Below, in pieces: positions 58,064 to 64,000 of a stretch of DNA of 64,000 nucleotides. The position numbers and the translations under genes were made by a program. The stretch lies in NCBI GenBank assembly GCA_973895155.1, contig OZ316892.1:231746-295745 (forward strand), written 5' to 3'. Under the pieces are notes generated by a model. That model was not told where the DNA came from, ran no database searches, and saw nothing but the letters and a program-made list of their open reading frames with translations. Each line of letters opens with the position of its first letter. Position 1 is the first letter of the stretch. This DNA is from Marsupella aquatica (Eukaryota; Plantae; Marchantiophyta).

Positions 58064-59711
58064 GAGATTCTACGTACCGCCAATCGAGAAGAGAATAGGA
58101 AACTCAACGGCCATTAGAACAAAGGCATTGCCAAAATTTGCAAAGATTAGCATCGCCCAGCGCTAGTATGCTGGAAGGGAAGGGGGAATTCCAAGGCAAA
58201 AGATAGAGATTGTACGTGACATCAATCAGGAAGTGAACAGGAAACTCAATTTCAAGCATTTCAAACCAAGAGAGGCCACGGCAGATGTTGAATATTTTCA
58301 ACGATGTGCACTACCTTAAATGTCGGACTCCTAGAAATCAATAGTTGGAACATACAATTCAATGTCTACGCCTAAACACGGAACACAATGAACATAAGCA
58401 ACGCTCGACGCTAGCTCAAATCTTGGAATCAACGAATGACCACAAAAGAACAAGAGAGCCGATCCAAAACTGCAAGCTTTACTTCCAAAATGGGTCAAAA
58501 CATATAACCGGTATTACATCAACCACAGATCATCCCCAAATCAACCCACGGAATAACATGAACATAAGCAGTGCTTGGCATAGCTTAAATCTAGCTCTCT
58601 AAAAAGGAAATCGTCACCAACACACTAAAACTAGACCTTCTATCACTGAAAGCACCTCCAGCCCGAGAACCAAAATGCCTACAATTTCTAGTTGTTGTCG
58701 AAGCCCACCAAAGCCCGCCCTGGCCCGTCTGTGCATTTTCTCAACCTGATCCGCACATAACTGGGACACTGATCCAAAATGGGCCTAAAGATGTAGCCGG
58801 AAATACACGAACTCCGAATCAACCAAAGAAGAAATCCCACGGTCCAAGACGGACAAAAGCAGCACTCGGCGCTAGCTTAAATGGCGATTAAGGAATAGCA
58901 AATTGTATGCAAGTCTATGGCCACTGAAGCTTATGTCACTCAAACCACCTCCATCCTGAAACACTTTAGCTCTGCGATTGGCAGTCATCGTCGATGCCCG
59001 CCCTAGCCCGTCTATGGTTTTGCTTGAACCCTAGACCCCTAAGCCGCACATAAGACGACGAGGGGCGCCAAAACTCCGCATATTGATTCCCGGGGTCTAG
59101 AACATTTGTATCAAGGAAGTCAACACATCCCAATCGCTCTTGCACTCGTCGCTCAATAGGCTGAATACCATCAGCAGGAATGACTTCATGAAAAGAAAAC
59201 CAATCAGCAACTGCGCGCGGAGTGTCACGGTCGTCAATCCAAGGTATGTTTCTCTCCCCAGGACCAATCGCCTCATTATAAGGAAGCGCAAAATGATTCC
59301 GGAAAGTCAAGGTCTCGGTGGAAGTGTCACCATGACCGGACTTGAAGGAGCTAAAGTGACTCTCCTCCGGTCAAACTCTAGAAGGAGCGAAGAAGGCAAG
59401 CATTTCCTTCAAAGACATGAGTTCCTTCTTCTCCATCTGGTGGGAACTGTTAAACAAAATTGAGGCTAATGACAAGACCGATGTTGTTGAAATGACCCGA
59501 CTTCAAGAGAGGTTGTGCCTGAAATGACTCGCAAGAGTGACCTAATGGAGAGTTTAAGGTTCAATGGAAAAAGGACCATTGAGAAAAACCAACCGCAACA
59601 TGTGAGAAAGAGACGACTGTTTCCGGTAATAACAAAATATGCGGGGCCACAGAACGGACAAAAGATTCAAAATTTGTAATTAGAAAAGGAGACGTTTGGG
59701 GAGCGCCCGAC

Positions 59712-62700
59712 TGTGATGCCTAGCCAGGAATCACTAGGCCGGTTTACATGGTAAAAGCAGGAGTGTACCCTGGAAACACCTTAGTATAGTAACAAGACAA
59801 GGAAAAATATAAACAATTAAGGGTGACTATGGAACCCGGGCCGAGGCCAGAAGTAAGGACGCCAGGGGAGAGAATACGATTAGGGTTAGGGCGCGCTAAG
59901 CGTCGGCGGCTAGGGGTGACCAACGGGTGGGAAGACCAGAGGAGGAGAGGGGTAAGGACCGCTCGCAAGGAATAGCGGCTCATTTGCAAGAACGAACTGG
60001 GCAGACGACTACGGGAGGCCAAATGCTGTCAGCTGCTTAGGCAAGCGCTTGGGGTGGGAACAGATACCAACGATCGACTCAAGGAGGGTATGAGCAACGT
60101 CAATCAAGCGGCACATTTTTGGGGATGCCTGTTCGAACGGGCAGGTGAGTACGTCAGGACTTACGAAGACAAAGAATCAGAGAGAGCAGCTCGAGAACGG
60201 CAAGAGCTTGCTCGGCTCTGGGAACTGCAAAAGACGGCTTTCTTAGGAGGAGAACTTATCAAGGCCGAGTTCTTGTGGACTCCTACTGCCAATCAGCTCG
60301 ACGACCTTCTATTTTGCAAAAATAGAATCGTCGGCATCCGGGAAGCCATCAATCGCTGCAACGACCTACACTGGGAGTTGAAGGGTAACACGGAAGGGTG
60401 GACAAAGGCAACCTTGCTAGGAGAAACATCCACGGCAGCCAAGATGAAGAGGAAAGGAAACATCAACGAAGAGGCCACCCCGGCAAAAAGAACAAGGTCG
60501 GCGGCACCAAGGAAGCCAGCAGAGCAGCAGGGCAGGAGGCAGGGAGAAGCCGAAGAGGAAGAGGTCGATCCCATCAATGCCATTCCAACAAACAATGACA
60601 CCTGGAAAGGCTGGGCGGCGACCCTACCGGAGGAAGTGCAATTACACTTTGCACGGGAGGAGGATGCATGCTTTACGGCCATGCAGACCAAGAAGTACCA
60701 GGGCTTCATGGCCGGATCCGGCTTGGAAGCCTTCGTAAGATTACCATGGCTGAAGCCGGAGGTGCCGGACTCAGACTTATTAGAGTTCATGGGATCATGG
60801 GAACCCGAGACCAATTCCACGAGGGTGTATGGGAAGGATTTCTATCTCACTCCCCGGGTGATTGCTGAGGTGTTTGGCTTGTCGATGGGTAATAAGACCA
60901 AGGTTGATACGAGGAAGACCTTACCTAACAAGGAGTTTCGGTCGTTCCCAGGACCATCAACAAAGAATGGCTTCTTTCGGAACACCTGCACCAACCCGCA
61001 CATCGGAGAGATGATTGATTTCTTGTGGGTGACCATGCACTGTAACTTGCCGAGGGCAGAGATCGGCAAGGCTCAGGTCTACCTGGCAGAAAGGCCAGAC
61101 CCAAGCCGGGATTACAACGGGTACCTCCTCAACCAACTGACAAAGATCTTGAAGGAGGAACAGTAGGTGATCGGCGTGGGAAGCGTGTCCCGGCTTGGCT
61201 ATCACATGCCGCTGTTGTGCCGGTATGCCAGAAGTCAAATCTTTGCCCCAGTACTTCCCCTATCGGCAAGGGCACCGGAGGAGGTCCCGGAGCAGAGGCC
61301 GGCACCAGAGAAGCCCAACCAACCCGACAGTCCGACGATCGAGCAGGTGTTTAGGCCAAGGAAAGAAGACTTGCCGATGCAGCAACCAGGCATGCAAAAT
61401 CTGCTGAAATTGTTGGAGAAGGAAAAGAGAACGGCAACGGCAACGGGACCGATACAGGACGCTGCCCCAGAAGTTGGCCTAAGCCGACTCAGAAGGGAAG
61501 ACCCCTTTACCGGAACCAAGGAGAGATTGAGGCCGGAACACAAGCCGGGAGTGCGAATGTACGTGGGAGCCTCAAGCCCCGAATCAGAGGTAGAGGAGCC
61601 GGGAGTCCAAGTAGTGGAGGAGGCGATGGAGGACTACAGCAATGATAACTCCGACTATGGGTTGGATCATCATGTTCCAGGAGTAAGGACCTGTGGCCGA
61701 TTTATCCCCACGCTTCCAAGAGTAGTTCGAGGGGACCCCACCCAACAGAGTAACCCCGAGTCTCCCCCACCAGAGGTTGCTCCCCCGAGCTTTGACGGCA
61801 TAAAGAAGACGGCACAAGAATTTCAGGAGCGACTTAGGGAGGAAGAGAGAGCAGCCCTGGCTAGGGAGAAGGATTTACCAGGAGGAGATTGGCCGGAGGA
61901 CATCAGGCGGCTTGCCGAAAAAAGAAGCAACCCTCTTGCCACCGTAGAAGAAATCCGCAAGACGGCTTGGGAGCAAAGGCCGCGGTGGTTGATGCCGATG
62001 ACTTCTAGTTACTCCACCTATGCTAAGGATAGAGCCATGGAGTACGGGGAGATGTGTGGGGACCTGGCGCTCAGCATCTTTGGGGAGAAGTTGGAGCAGG
62101 GACCCTTTTTCCAGAGGGAGATGTTGGAAAAGCACCGATTAGAAGAAGCGGTGACTTTGGAGAGAAGCAAGAAGGAGGAGGTCATCCGACGGCTTAGGGA
62201 GAAGGAAGCCGAGGTGGAAGTCCTGCAGGCGGCCAAGAAAGCCCAAGATGAGTTGCGGATTAAGCGGCATGAGCTAAACATCATGCAGGGGCAGTTGGAT
62301 ACCGCTAAGTCTGACAATCAGATTATCAAAGATAAACTGACTCGGACCCAAGGAGAGTTGGCCGACGCAGTCAAAGAAAGAGAGAAATGGAAGTGGGAGC
62401 TAAGGGACGCAGAGGAGGCCCATTTAACCTCCAACAACCGGACCATGGCGGAGACTCAGAGAAGGGAGAGGGCGTTGAAGGGAGAGCTCGAAGATATCCG
62501 CGGAGCCCTTGAGCAGAAGGAAGCAGAGTTAGGGAAATCCTATCAAGGGATTATTGCGCTGCAGCAAGAGCTTGCGTCCTTGAGGGCCAGCTTCAAGGCC
62601 GACCTGCGTGAAAAGGACGACCAGCTCGACCAGACTTATGCCAAGATGAATAAGATGGAGTCTGTGGTCGTAGCGGAGCTTGACAAGGAGCTAAGAGCAA

Positions 62701-64000
62701 CCCAGGAGGAGAGGGCTACCTTAAAGAAAGAATTGGAGGAAGCCAATAAGGAGTTGGAGGAGGCGCGCAAGGACCTGGACGAGACCCAGGAAGAGTTGGA
62801 GGAAATCACGAGGAAGATGGAGAACCTACAGCCGCGGGCCGACAACCAAACGGAGCGGCTGAAGACACAAGCCGCAGTATTTAAATGCTTGGCTTCATCA
62901 GGTCCAACTCCAATTGGGGGAACCCAGTTACCAGGGGTAGTATTGGCCGAAGGACAAGCCGTAACACTCACCCCGGTGCCGGAGGTAAGTGGCAAGGGGG
63001 AGGAACCGACTGTCAAAATAGGGAAGAAGTATAAGCGGAAACCTTCTAGGTCTGGAAGTTATACGGCTTCTCAAGCTGTTGTGACCGAGACGATAAACCC
63101 GGCACCAACCTCCGGTATCGGCACGGCGGTGGATCCACCAGTCCTAGGAAGTGGAGATGGCAAGGCCGAGGCCGGGAGAACCAGTGCTGCCGAGGTACCG
63201 GATCCTCCACTAGAACATGTCGGGGAGGCCATAGCCGTGGCGGAGGCCGTGACCGATGCTGAGGCCAAAGCCGAGGGTGGACCCAGTCAGGCCGATGAAG
63301 AGTTGACTCGATCAGGGGCAGGTAATCTGTTAGAAGACGGACCAACAGGAGTGGTTGCGGAGGAAGCGTTGGGGGCGTCCATTGAGGACCAGCCACCGGT
63401 GTCGTGACGGTGTAAGGGCGTCATCCCTTTTAGGAAGGGCGGACGTGTAGGTAGGAGGCGTGAGTGGGCAGGGTGGGCGCTGATCTCCAAGTTTAGACTT
63501 TGGATCAGGACCAGGAGACGGCCCTGACACTTAGATTAGTGGGATTTTGGATCCACGGGTGAGGACGACACTTGTGTAGATTAGGCTTACGCTGCAAGGA
63601 ATCAGGCGGATCCACGGCCAGAATAAGTAGTTGGGCTGCGGGGAGTTCAGGGCCTCTTCTTTAACAAGTTTTTAGTTGCACCAGCAGGGCTGGGATCAAG
63701 TAGTAAGAGAAGCTCTCGGTTAGTTATACAGTGACCCTTGTGTATATTCATGTTTCCTCATGCCTAAGAGCTGAATAGAGTTGGCCTCACGGCTTAGTTC
63801 GCAGAGCTTGTGTATGAGATGTACTGTTTGTATTACAAGTGCATGGTATAACTCAGTCCTAAGGAGTCATTTTGCTATTTGTGTGTCGCATTAACTTGTG
63901 TGAAGAGTGCCCACATCAACAAGTAGAAGGGAAGTAAGCAAGGGAGTGAGAGTTGGATGTGTCGAGCTGAGAGAGGTCTTAGCGGCTTAACCAAGCCAAT
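59712..64000 (+). mobile_element. Family A (subfamily A2) giant LTR, 5' or solo, running off the window
   Basis: Starts TGTGATGCCTAGCC after CCGAC with no PPT before it; colinear with 3965 onward. Confidence 0.92.
59829..63407 (+). pseudogene. A2 LTR-encoded accessory ORF with in-frame stops (near 59972 and 61164)
   Basis: ATG at 59829 (MEPGPRPEV); ORFs 60054-61166 and 61167-63407 are in one frame and end PPVS*. Confidence 0.85.

Noticed and set aside
204-63530. Numerous short antisense or overlapping ORFs in the track
   Set aside because: They are shadows of GC-rich, low-complexity TE coding sequence with no recognisable motifs.

Overview
Eukaryotic TE nest, most likely from an early-diverging land plant (inference); no host gene is evident. 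(1) Four different Ty3/Gypsy families (called A-D here; Tat/Athila-like, non-chromovirus) have very long LTRs: 3.6-4.7 kb for A, C and D, with B only partly visible. Each LTR carries a long protein-coding ORF with a shared core domain. They include a full-length recent element at 3965-19498 (TSD AACCC), an older decayed minus-strand element at 35394-55742, and several solo or partial LTRs nested inside one another. (2) A 13.4 kb cut-and-paste DNA transposon lies at 20161-33524, with 26-bp perfect TIRs, a 4-bp ATAT TSD and a Sola/DUF7869-type DDD transposase. It carries divergently transcribed cargo: a spliced gene of about 1374 aa with ParB/Srx-like and prokaryote-type N4C/N6A DNA-methyltransferase-like domains, and an FCP1/NIF-type HAD phosphatase-like ORF. 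Two phased arrays of a 25-bp palindrome sit in predicted introns of the transposase and the cargo gene. All domain calls come from motifs read by eye; no searches were run.
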